In this document: positions 26,953 to 37,759 of the stretch, one piece after another
How the letters are laid out: each line of letters begins with the position of its first letter
Numbering within the stretch: the stretch's first letter is position 1
From: Phyllosticta citribraziliensis
Taxonomy: Eukaryota
Length of the DNA: 64,000 nt
Direction of reading: 5' to 3'
Assembly (NCBI RefSeq): GCF_038025025.1
Contig: NW_027117338.1
Span: 3,162,001 to 3,226,000 of the forward strand
The notes under the pieces: generated by a model
The model's input: only the letters and a program-made list of their open reading frames with translations
What the model was told of the DNA's origin: nothing
Databases searched by the model: none
Position numbers and translations under genes: made by a program

Positions 26953-28372
26953 ATGATGAAGCCCATTCCTGCCTTTTACTGCTGCTACCTCTTGCGGTCA
27001 ACTGTCCGACACCAAGCGACCTACGTCGGCTCAACACCAAACCCTGTCCGCCGCCTGAAGCAGCACAATGGCGAGGCCCCGGGCGGCGCTGTCCGCACCT
27101 CCAGACTCAGCCTCCGCCCGTGGGAAATGACGTGCATCGTCTCGGGCTTCCCTTCAAAAGTCGCTGCTCTGCAGTTTGAGTAAGTCGTCACGTGAGGACT
27201 GGATTCACTTGCAACGGAATGTCTCCATCTTCAGACGAGTCTAACACCCTGGTCAAGACAATCTTGGCTCTGCTCTTTGACTTGCGCCATGATGCTACCC
27301 ATCACGCCTCGTGGATTTTGCCTTTTATTTGCTTTTTTCCCTCCCCTGGCCCGTCATGACATGCTTGATCCAACCTAACCTCAGCAGATGGGCATGGCAG
27401 AACACCCACCTAACCCGGCACATCCCGACCGGCGACCGAATAACTGCCGCGCGCACAACAGTCCGAGTCTCTCCGCGCACCGGCAGGGTTCGCAAGCGAC
27501 CAACTCGCCCCCGCATGTCTCTTACAGACAGGCTCTCAAATCTACATCTGTTGCTTAGAGTCAAGAGTTTTGATCGCTGGCCGCTTCGCCTGACTTTTTT
27601 CAACGAAGAAGTCCACCGGACATGGGAGAAATGGTTGACGCAGACGCCCTTTCGTTTGCGGGATGGCATCATTGTGCAGCTGGAGAAGCATGACACTCCC
27701 AAAGCCTTTCAACGTCCAGAGACAGAAAGCACGCTGGTTGACAAAAGTGACTGGATTGGAAAAGGTCAAGGCATTCATGGCATTGACATCGGATATGCGC
27801 CCATTAAAGCATACTTGGACAAGAGCATCAAAGCTTTGAAGAGACCCGAGCCAATGGATTGTACAGTGTGCAAAACTCGAGTGAGCTCCGCAAAGTCGCT
27901 GCTTCTTGTCTGTCCCACCCAAGGTTGCAAAATGGTCTCGCATATTACTTGTCTCTCCCGAAAGTTCCTCGAAGAAGAATGCAAGGCTGCAGCCATGGTG
28001 CCTCTGCAGGGAAAATGTCCCTCGTGTCAAGAGACTCTACAGTGGTCAACCCTTATGCTCGATCTCAGCCTCAGATCGAGGGGCGAAAAGGAAGTCGCAA
28101 AGCTGTTTCGAAAGGGCAAATCGAAGGAGGTCGAGGTAGCAGACGAGGACACTGAAGAAGACCTGAGCGACGGCTTTGCAGATGTGGACGACTGGTGTGA
28201 TCCCGAGGAATCAGACCAAAGTGCGAGCAAGCAGCGCAAGTCCAAAAGCCCAATCAAGGCTCGAGTCGAAAAGAGCAAGGGCCGCCCGAAGACGAAAAAG
28301 GCAGCAAAATCCACCAGCCAAAAATATGGCACGTCTGATGACAGCTGGGCAGACGCTGAGGTCCTTGATTAG
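26953..28372 (+). CDS. SLX1: Structure-specific endonuclease subunit Slx1 (GIY-YIG + RING-like zinc finger)
   Basis: FYCCYLLRS...[31 protein letters not shown] across intron 27180-27387, and C-terminal CTVC...CP...C...SHITCL...CPSC. Confidence 0.95.
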
Positions 28373-28470
28373 CTGTTGTGGGTTGCACCGGTTTGCAGCA
28401 GACGTACATAATAATACCCAACTCTTTTCTATTCAGACTAGCCATAGAAGACCCTACCAATGTCGCTGTT

Positions 28471-29249
28471 TTATTGCAAGGGCTTAACAGCCCGCAAAGG
28501 CAGATTTCCCTCATCAACCCTCTTGAACGCGTCCAGCACAGCAGCCTCTACCGCAGCGGCCACACTCTCCTGCTCGTCTCCCCCATCAATTCTCACAAAG
28601 TCTTCCTTTTCGTCCTCCAGCTCCTGCATACTCTTGAACAATTGGCGCACTCTCTCTTGCATCTTCGCATTCTCGTACTTTTCAGCGCCGTAGCCGCCGC
28701 GCTTGGCTGCGGCCTCGGGCGAGATGTCCAGAAAAACGACAACATCTGGCCGGGGGAGACCTTCCTCGGGCTGGCGCGCCCAAGTCAGAGACAGGGACGG
28801 GTTGTCTTTGGCGGCGGAGTAGACGCAGCCCGAGTAGTAGTAGCGATCTATCACAACCGTGACACCCGCCTCGACATCCTTTTTTATCGACGACCTGCCA
28901 CACACGACATCAGCCCTCTCCCTCTCCCCCTCTCTACCTGTCCCAACCCTTACCCCAGCCTCGCGCCGTCACCCCCCATCATAAGCAAACAAAGCAAAGA
29001 GAAAGGAAACACTCACGCTACCTCCCACCGATTCGCCGAAAACAGCAAGTGAATGACGTGATCTTCCTGCTCGCTGGCGCCCGTCAGGTACGCGTTGATC
29101 ATGTGGCCGATGGGCGTCGAGCGGTCCGGGAAGCGCTGGTGCCGCACGGCGTGGCCGCGCGCCTGCAGCGAAGAAATGAGATGCGCACATTGCGTCGATT
29201 TCCCCGCGCGGTCCAGGCCTTCGAAGACGATGAGTTTGCCGCGGGGCAT
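28471..29249 (-). CDS. CDC8: Thymidylate kinase
   Basis: [18 protein letters not shown] (P-loop), [38 protein letters not shown]. Intron 28895-29016. Confidence 0.96.
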
Positions 29250-30033
29250 GTTGGTCGTGATGAACTGCTGATGCTGTGCTGTGCTGATGCTGATGCTGGA
29301 TGGAGATGCGGAAATTCGTTGGTGCTTTGGGAGGCGTGTCGCGTGTAAAGATGAAGGAGTGGAGGTGATGGACGGGTGTGCGGTCAATGAACGTCTTCAA
29401 CAAATCCCAAACGCCATGAATTTCTCGCAGCCGTATGTCAGTCAGTCGCGCAGTCGTGAAGTCGTGGGCGCGCAGATCGCTTCCGGGATTGGCGCAGGGG
29501 ACGGGGTGCCTGGATGGCCCCGGCCGCAGCGCCCGCACCCGACCGCCTGCAGGGGGTGGGTGCCTGGTGGGTCCCAGCTGCCGCCAACCAGGCACACTGG
29601 CGGTCGACAGACGACGTCTCCCCCCGCAACAACCTTTCTCCTTCGACACAACCTCAACACAATCCCAAGAGCGCCAATTCTGCTCAAACGACCCTGTGCT
29701 GTGGTGCTGTATTCTTTGTGTGAGATGAATAGCGGCCTGTGGTCTTGTTTGCGGCCGGCTTTGCTGCGCTGAGCGTGCGAGGGGATCGGGCTGTAGCTTT
29801 ACCGCCTTGTTCTTCCTTTTTTTTTCTCTTCCCCCTCCATCAACTCGTTCTCTTTTTTTCCTTCTCGTTTCTCGTTTGGTCTTCCTGCTGTTCTAGCTCC
29901 CGTCGCTTACTTTCTTCTCCTCTCGTCTCCCGTTCCTTCTGTCAAGCTCTGCTCTCCACCCGTCTCCACTTTCCTCTCTTCCTGCTTTCTCGTTTGCTTC
30001 CTCTCTCAAGTCCTTCTCCATCTCTTCCCAACG

Positions 30034-30062
30034 CAAGAAAAGAAAAGAAAAGAAAAGAAAAC
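30034..30062. repeat. (GAAAA)n microsatellite following a ~220-nt pyrimidine-rich tract
   Basis: aagaaaagaaaagaaaagaaaagaaaaca read directly. Confidence 0.8.
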
Positions 30063-32720
30063 AAGAAGTAAAAGAGGGGATGGGGAAAGAGAAAGAACAC
30101 AAGTCAACTTCCCTGCCACGAACCATGTGCTTCCACAATGCGTGGAAACAATGTCAAACACGCCAACATACTAACATGCCAACAAACGTCTCCTCCTCCA
30201 TCAAACCTCAGGAAACAGGTCCAATCGCTCCTGCTTCTACGTGCTTCCAAGACAATCATGGAGTTTGGCAAAGCGCACGGCGTCCTTGGATTCTCTCGGG
30301 CGACATATCAGCGATGGGGGGACTCTGAATCCTGCTCTTGGTTTCTTGCCTTCCTGCTTCCTGTCTTCTTTCTTCCTGTATACAAAGTTATCCTGTTTCT
30401 AAATACAATGTCCCCTCGACGAGCGAGGCTCCTCTGCGGCTCTGTCATCTTGTTACTCACTGCCTCATCGTTCTAGGGGCACTCTCCGCCACGCATGGCG
30501 CTGCTATACTTACTTTCCTCTTTACGCCTCTCTGGTCCGTCGCTGTTTAGCTGCTCTTTTTTCCTCCTCCATACTTCTCCTTATACGCCTCCTCCTCGGA
30601 GACTACCGCAGTATTCCTCGCTTTGCTGCCGCCGCTCTGCGCCGTCATCTGGATGAAGCAAAAGACCAGGGAGCTGAAGAACTTTGTCCGAGGCTGCTCG
30701 TCTTGCGCCTCGGGCTTGCAGCTGTGTCAGGCTGAACAACGAGCTCTGCCTAGGATCCAACCAAGGTCCACGGGTAGATCTGTATACCACGGCCCCCCTC
30801 TCTTCGATTTGGTCGGTATATTCCCTTGGGTCGTGGCCGCGGTCGCGGTCGCATTGTCTCCTGCGTCCGCGGTGGTCCCCCACAAGAGCACGACGTCTGC
30901 AACGACCATTCCGTTCAGCCGCCGCCTGCTCGTCTACAGCTCAGGCGTGACGCTGCATTCCAAGCAGACATCGAAGCTGCTCAGCAAGCCGATGGAGGTT
31001 GCCCAGATCCGGTCTCTTCTGCTTGCCTCAACACCGTCGATTCCGACGGGACGTCAATTGGCAACGCATTGATGACTTCCAAGCGCAAATGGAGTCTCTG
31101 GTCATGGAGGAGTGCATGCTCCCGGGGTCCGTTCTGCTGCCGCTGCACTGCCACGCCCCTGGAACGCCTCGCTCTTTGCACCGCATTGCTCTTGGAGTTG
31201 TACTCCTGTATGGAGACGTGGTAGACGACCCAAACTGTCCACGCGCTCTCCTTAGCCATCAGCCCCCGAGGCAAGCAAACCGCTGACAGAGAATTCGGAA
31301 GATGAGCACGCGCTCGTAACGGTCGTCGCGCGTTGGTCGAGACACCGAGGAGCTCAACTGGGATTCACAATGCTTTGCGGTGCTTCCCACAGCCAGGCGA
31401 CTTGGCTCCGTCGGCCTCTTTGCCTGGTAACGCTGTTGGCGAGGATGCGCCGGGCCCTCTCCATTGCCTGGGAATACCCGCGGGTACCTGATTTTGTCGA
31501 GGTGGCGGCAAAGAGCCTGAATGGTCTCGCCGAAGACGTGCGCTGTATACGCTCATTCGAGTGCGGTGTCTCTCCTGGTTCATCGGACGCGTGCGGACGA
31601 CTGAAAACTTCAGGTCTGCCACATGGGCCGCTCTTCCCTGGCGCTGGAACTCTTGATCTGCGAGGAGCTTGAGAAGCGCATGGCGCTCCTTGTCGGGCCC
31701 GGCTCCTCTGGAGTTTGTTCAGCGGCGCGTTGGACGTGGATTGGCCTTGTCGCAGCGGAATCCCCCACCGATGGCGTTGGTGTTGGCTTGTCCAGAGAAT
31801 TCGAACCTTTCAGCTGGAGCAACGGGCGGGCATTGATGTTGCTTGTCGGGGCTGGACTCGCTGGACTCACTTGGCCGCCTGGCTGGTCCTTCTCCAGCTC
31901 TCCGCGAGGCTGGATTCGCACTGGGTCAGGTTGTCTGCACCTCGCCCACGCTTGGTTCCTTCTCTTCGGCTTGCAGCAATGCAGTCATGGCGTGCTGCGC
32001 GGCAGCCTGCGGCAGCACAACGCCAGGGACGTGGAAGCGGCCCTGGCATTGGGCCACGGGATACTCACTCCTCCACCTTCATCACACTGCGCGCGCTCTT
32101 GGACGCCTCGGCAGCTTCAAGCAACCCAACAAGTCTGTCTGGGCAGTTGAATCAAGGCAACAGACGCACTGCAGCGCTGGCGCTGCTGCGTCGCCCCAGT
32201 ATCCCCTATTCCCCACGTCAATCATTATACACTACAGCCTACCTACCGTATACATGCCCCCTATACCTCACAGTATATACGCACCCTGCCTGTGCACCTG
32301 CGATTGCTGTCGCGGTGCGGAGTGGACGGACGCAGATTAACACTTGTGGCGTCGAGGTGACTGGCTGGCTGGCTGTTTGGTTGCTTTGCAGCTCAGTATG
32401 GCGTCATTCGACTCGAGGTGACTGCCACAGTCACCTCGAGGTTGTGCGGACGCGTTTGGCCACGCGTGGCTTGCTTGGCAACGGCCGTCGCCATGCTGAG
32501 TGCCGAGTGGCTGGTCGCGGTCGCGGTCGTGATAGATGTCTTGTTGTCTTTCTTCCGCTCGACTTGCTTCCTCTTCCTCTCTTTCTCTCCACCACACCCT
32601 GCATCTTCGACACCAGCGTCACCACCGTGACCTCTGGTTTTTCGACGATTCTGCTGTGGTTTCAAACATCTACCTTTCCTGCTTCTAAAGTTTTTCCCTT
32701 CCTCGCTCGCATCTCTCAAG

Positions 32721-34991
32721 ATGCATCTCCTTCAAGTTATCCTCTCTCTGCTTCTCCTCGTCAATAGCCGCACAGCATACGCTGTTGCAGAGCTTTCCGG
32801 CCTTATCATCCACCAGAAGACGCTGAAAATACTTGACTGCGCATTCGAGCCCTGCGTATTCATGGCCTTTGCCGCTATGGAACTCCACAATGGTCTATTC
32901 ACCATGAACGAGCAGCGACTCGGCTCTGGTCTGGCGAACGGTTCGTACTTCCTGCTCAGCAAGCCTTGTTTGGGAGATACTGATGAGACGACAGACGTGT
33001 TTTCATTCTGTTTCATTCTCGCCTTCCTGATCGGAAGCTACACCATCGGCTATTTCTGGGGCTCCAACATCGACCTTTTCGAACACCTGGCAGCAAACTT
33101 CATCAGGTCCACGACTCTGGCTGTCGCAGTGGTCATACCTTGCATCGACAATGTCGCTTCATATGCCATGGGCCAGCTCAGAAAACTATGGGAACACAGG
33201 CGAGCCGTCCTCTCCATCGGCGCTGCCCTGGCTCTCGCCTTCCCTTGTTGCCACCTGGTGGCTACCCACATCAAGTCAATCCTCCTGTACGGTCTTGTCT
33301 TCGCGCTGGTGATCGCCTTCGCCATTTCAGCCTTGGTCTTGGTGATTGGCGTTGCGAAAGGCTTCTTCATCCTTGCATCGTGCATTGTTTCGGCCTACCT
33401 GAATCCCTCCAACATCTCGGCCAACAGGATTCGACCCTCAGAACATACTCGGGTTCCCGTCACATCTAGGAACGTTTCCAACTCCAAGGTCCACGGCAAT
33501 TCGCACGTCAATTTGCAGGATTCAGAAATCTCTTCCAAGCATGATTGCTCTCCCTCGAACAACAATGGCCATATTGGGAGCTCTCCCGTTAGCAATGGTC
33601 AGAGCAGTGCGCCCAAGCCCTCTTCCTCTCCACAGACCGATTCTGGCAAGTCTTCAGGTTGCTCAGCCGCCAAGAGCAATGGCCACACTCGCGCCAATTC
33701 CGGTTCATCAGGATCATCCAAGCCCTCGGTCCCCCGATCAACGAGTTCTGACCAGCCTTCTCGCCCATCAACTCGAACCTCGGTCTCTGAGCCCATCGAC
33801 CATGAACAATGTCTCCACAACGTAAGGGTCTTTCAGATGGCGCTTGAACAGGTGGCAAACGAGAACACCCAACTTGCGGCAGACAAAACCGAACTTTCGA
33901 CTGAGAATGCTCATCTGAAAAGCGACAACGAAGGCCTGCGTCGCCAGATGTTTATGGCAGAAGAAAACTTCGAGGAGCACCTCAAGTCATTGAAGTATCT
34001 CGAAGCCGCCAATGCTGAACTTCGCATTCAGCTCGAGCACCAATGCCGCCTCAACTTGAAGAAGGATGCCGAGTTTGACGAACGCATCAAGACCTTTATC
34101 AACAATTTCTTCCCGCAATTCGATGATATCGCGAGCTCCTCGCTTCCCACAACACCATCTAGTGGATACTATCTGCCCTCGTCGTCTAAGACTCCAACTA
34201 ATGCAACGGGATCTCCGGTCTCTCACTTGTCCATCATCACAAATGAGTCGTCAACCCCTCGTGGTCCTCAGTCACCAGCAACTGTCTCGAGCGGTCCATC
34301 TCTTCCATTTTCACCAGCTACTCCATCGACGTGCTCCCGTATTGTGTCGCCCAACTCGTTGAGAAAGCCATTCAGAAATTGCACGCCTGGCCGTCCTGGT
34401 CTCCCAACTCCAGAGGCTCTGAATCGCAAGCCGGATCCAACGGTCAAGATGGTCGGTCCTTCGACCCCCGCAACGGTCTCCAGCGGCTTCTCGCTACCCT
34501 GTCCTTCCGAGTTTTCAGCTCAGAGCTCATCCGCGATCTCGCCAGCACTTCTTGTTCACCTCCCAGCGAGAGTTGGCAATGGACCGGGACTAACGAGCCC
34601 TCTTCCCATGTTAATCGGAGACAAGCTTCCTCGGCCCGAAAGGCTCTCTACTCCCTCTACAGTATCATCCGGCACGGCTCTTCCGGTTCCTACTCCGACG
34701 ACGAAATCCTCCAGCACTAAACCTGTCCCTGTCAAATCTCTTCTCAGACCCAACGGAGCCCGATTCTCGAGGAACAGCCGATATGAGAGCCCGCTCGCCA
34801 GGCTTTCGAGCATCAAACGAGCCTTATCTTTGAGAAGGTCTGGCTTTGCCACGCCCGAAAATATTGACCGGCCTCAACGATTTTCGAACTTTCTCGACTT
34901 CGAGGATTCTCCGGCGACCGTTTCTTCCAGCTCGACGCTGCCAATGCCGTCGCCGGGCAACAACTCCTCCACTTGCGACCCTTTCATCTAA
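32721..34991 (+). CDS. Orphan protein: N-terminal hydrophobic/TM segments, Ser-rich linker, coiled coil, repeated [ST]P[AS]TVSS[GS]xxLP motifs
   Basis: 756-codon uninterrupted ORF with several hydrophobic stretches in the first ~225 aa and heptad-like ALEQVANENTQLAADKTELSTENAHLKSDNEGLRRQ. Four repeats share amino acids but use different synonymous codons. Confidence 0.7.
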   Translation: MHLLQVILSLLLLVNSRTAYAVAELSGLIIHQKTLKILDCAFEPCVFMAFAAMELHNGLFTMNEQRLGSGLANGSYFLLSKPCLGDTDETTDVFSFCFILAFLIGSYTIGYFWGSNIDLFEHLAANFIRSTTLAVAVVIPCIDNVASYAMGQLRKLWEHRRAVLSIGAALALAFPCCHLVATHIKSILLYGLVFALVIAFAISALVLVIGVAKGFFILASCIVSAYLNPSNISANRIRPSEHTRVPVTSRNVSNSKVHGNSHVNLQDSEISSKHDCSPSNNNGHIGSSPVSNGQSSAPKPSSSPQTDSGKSSGCSAAKSNGHTRANSGSSGSSKPSVPRSTSSDQPSRPSTRTSVSEPIDHEQCLHNVRVFQMALEQVANENTQLAADKTELSTENAHLKSDNEGLRRQMFMAEENFEEHLKSLKYLEAANAELRIQLEHQCRLNLKKDAEFDERIKTFINNFFPQFDDIASSSLPTTPSSGYYLPSSSKTPTNATGSPVSHLSIITNESSTPRGPQSPATVSSGPSLPFSPATPSTCSRIVSPNSLRKPFRNCTPGRPGLPTPEALNRKPDPTVKMVGPSTPATVSSGFSLPCPSEFSAQSSSAISPALLVHLPARVGNGPGLTSPLPMLIGDKLPRPERLSTPSTVSSGTALPVPTPTTKSSSTKPVPVKSLLRPNGARFSRNSRYESPLARLSSIKRALSLRRSGFATPENIDRPQRFSNFLDFEDSPATVSSSSTLPMPSPGNNSSTCDPFI

Positions 34992-35921
34992 ATGATGGAG
35001 GTTGGGTTGTAGACCAGACAGCAACGCATGCCGCCTGATCAAGCACACCTTCATACTGCTTGTGCCGCCGCAGCATAAACACCAACACCGCAACGACACA
35101 ACAACAAAACATCAAAAACAAACAACAAAAAACACCCTCCACCCACCCCCATCCAAACACAAATCTCCCATTCCAAACACACCCAACAACTCCCCACCCC
35201 CCCAAACAGCCCCACCACACCCACCCACCCCCTCTCCCCCAACCAACCACGTCCCCAACCGCGCTCCGCTCTCCGCGCTAGAGGCAGCAGGCTCGAGCTT
35301 TTCAGTTCGCCTACCTCAGGTGCGCGGGCCGCGAGCGAAGCGCCGCAGGGACGTGTTTTGCCTCGCCCACCCCTCTCCTTCGTCTTCCTTACGCATCCCC
35401 CTGCTTCCGCGGCAGCTTGAGCGAGCCTGGGCGCTGGTCTGAGGTGCTCCTCCCAGTGCTCGGTTAGGCTCTGCTCGTCGCTGCGGAGGCGGGGTGGTGT
35501 GTGGGTCGGCGGGGGAAGGGGTGAGCTGGCGTTGATTGGCGGGGAGGTGGTGAGCGGTGGTGGTGGGCGCTGGGTGCGGGCGTGGTGAGTTTGTCGGCTG
35601 TGTGGGGTTTGGAAGTGGTGGTGGTGGGTTGGAGCTTTGTTGTTGTTGCGGTTGGCTGTCTGGGAGTCGAGGAGATGCGAAACTTGAACACCATTTTTAC
35701 GACAACGAGATGTGTGAGAAAACAAAACGACAAAACAACAAAAACACCACAGCGGACGCGCTTCCCCATTCTTACGCCATTCCTACATCGCCTGCGGGCC
35801 ACGGCGGACGCGCCTTTCACGACAGCCTGCGGGCACACTCAGGGGACGACGGAATGGGGGCAGTCGGAGGGATCTTGGACTTTGCGGTTGTTGCTCTTCG
35901 TCTGCTTTCTGCTTTCTGCTC

Positions 35922-36027
35922 CTTGCTTTCTGCTCTGCTTCTTGCTTTCTGCTCTGCTTCTTGCTTTCTGCTCTGCTTCTTGCTTTCTGCTCTGCTTCTT
36001 GCTTTCCTGCTTCTTGCTTTCCTGCTT
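35922..36027. repeat. Minisatellite: 4 x 19 bp (CTTGCTTTCTGCTCTGCTT) plus 2 x 15 bp derivative
   Basis: 19-bp units start at 35922, 35941, 35960 and 35979; CTTGCTTTCCTGCTT units at 35998 and 36013. Confidence 0.9.
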
Positions 36028-36919
36028 CTCTTTTCTTCTGCTTCTTGCTCTCTTCTCTTCTGCTTTCCCCCTCCTGTATCCACCCCTTCTTGTGTCGCAT
36101 TATACCCGCGCCAAACGGCGCCTGCAGCCGGCCGCCGCCGAGTTCTCATTTTAGTCTCGGCCGGCCACATCGCCTGCCTGCTCTGCTCTGCTCTGCTCTG
36201 CTTTTCTTGCTTTCTTGCACATGGCTTTCGGCGAGGGATGGATGGATGGATGGATGGATGGTTGGCTGGTAGTCGTTGGAGGAGATCGATGGGTCCTGTA
36301 TCTAGCTAGTTGAGAGGCACGGCGGGTTAGGTGGGTGGGAAGGTGGTCGACCGTGCTGTACTCGTCGTCTGCAGCAAATGAAACTTTCAAATCACAGCAT
36401 GAGTATTGGAGAAGATGTGGTACGTGGGCAGGTGCCAGTGAACATAAGCGCCTGGAGCATTCATACACAGGCTGCCTTGTCTGTAGTGGTCAGGTCAAAA
36501 ACGCAAAATGCAAAAGAACCGCACAGCCATCCAGCAGCTCAAACTCAGAAGAAGGGACTCCTGCTTCCAGGGAGTGCGGAGGTGCGAATGACAGGACAGC
36601 TGGCGATATGACTGCGCCGGGTGGTCGTCGAGTCTGAGAGTTGGGAGATGTGGGGAAGAGGCTCAGGTTGTGGTTGTACATGCATGTACAAATACATGTC
36701 TTGGGGAATACTGGGAGCAACTTGGGAGGGAATGTTGCTGGAAAGAGGGAAGAGAATAGGTCGGAATGGTGAAGTCGGGGCTTGAATATTGTCTGGATTC
36801 TTGGGTTCTGGGTATCTTCTCGATTGTCTACTGATCAGAGATGCTCGTCCCCGTGCCATTTCTTTTCTAGACAAGTTCCTCATAGAGCCCAAACGCCGAA
36901 CCCAAAGCCTTTTCATAGT

Positions 36920-37759
36920 TTAAAAGTACACGCCCTCCTTGTTCGCCTCCTTGCCCCTGACCGTCGCCGTATCCGCCTCCTTCTTCGCCTTCAGTCCCGG
37001 GAACTCAAACGTCTCGCTACGGCCGCCGTCCAACTCCTTCCATGCACCACCAAACCCCCTGACCGGCGGCCAGTCCGCCCAAGTCAGCAGACCAACCCAC
37101 GGCTGCACATTCCAGCCCAGCTCGAGGACGGCGTCGGTCCGGTTGGCCAGCTTGCCCTTGTAGTCCGTGATTTGGTACTTGGGTCGCTGCTTCGAGAGGT
37201 GCAGCTCGCCGGGTGGGTAGAGGGGTTCGTCTTGCTGTTGCTTCCGCGACCGTTTGGTGCGCGCGTCTTTGGGCTCTGGGTGGATGTAGTGGTTTTGGTG
37301 CCAGGGCGCCGAGGGCGAGGCTAGGATTGAGTCCCAGATGATGGCTTCGGAGGGGGGTTCGGCCGGGTTGAGGGAGGGGTACTTGGCGACGATGTAGACA
37401 AAGACTTGCTTGGTGTTCCAGGTGAAGAGCGAGGTCAGGTCTGGTCGAGCATGTTAGGACAGCGCTTTGGTTGGAAGAATGCAGCGCGTACCAGCGTCGA
37501 GGTCAAACTTGATGTGTGCGTATTCCTCCTTCTTGGTGCTGTAGTAGTGCGGACGGCCCCGGACTCTGGCGCATTGTTAGAAGATCTGCGTTGTTTGCCG
37601 GATGCGCGCCACGTACACTTGGACATTGTGCAGCTTGATGGCGCCGGAGGGTGTTTGCGGCGTGATGAAGTCGGAGAGGGCAATGAGTGCAGCCACGCAG
37701 GCCACTACGGTGGTGAAGTAGCCAAACACATTCTGCGCGCGAACAAGCGTAGAATGCAT
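36920..37759 (-). CDS. SPC3: Signal peptidase complex subunit Spc3/SPC22
   Basis: MHSTLVRAQNVFGYFTTV, GRPHYYSTKKEEYAHIKFDLDADLTSLFTWNTKQVFVY, IIWD, WNVQPWVGLL. Introns at 37566-37616 and 37441-37491. Confidence 0.93.

Noticed and set aside
35922..36027. Tandem repeats here and at 43027-43100 as a CRISPR-like array
   Set aside because: Head-to-tail units without unique spacers in a eukaryotic genome; ordinary minisatellites.
29300..36900. Intact transposon or telomerase RNA as explanation of the orphan island
   Set aside because: No transposase/RT/integrase motifs, terminal repeats or target-site duplication found, and I did not see a TAACCCTAA-type template.
36545..36916. 123-aa ORF starting in frame 3 nt after the SPC3 stop (readthrough idea)
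   Set aside because: TAA-A is not a leaky stop context and the peptide has no recognisable features; probably 3' UTR.
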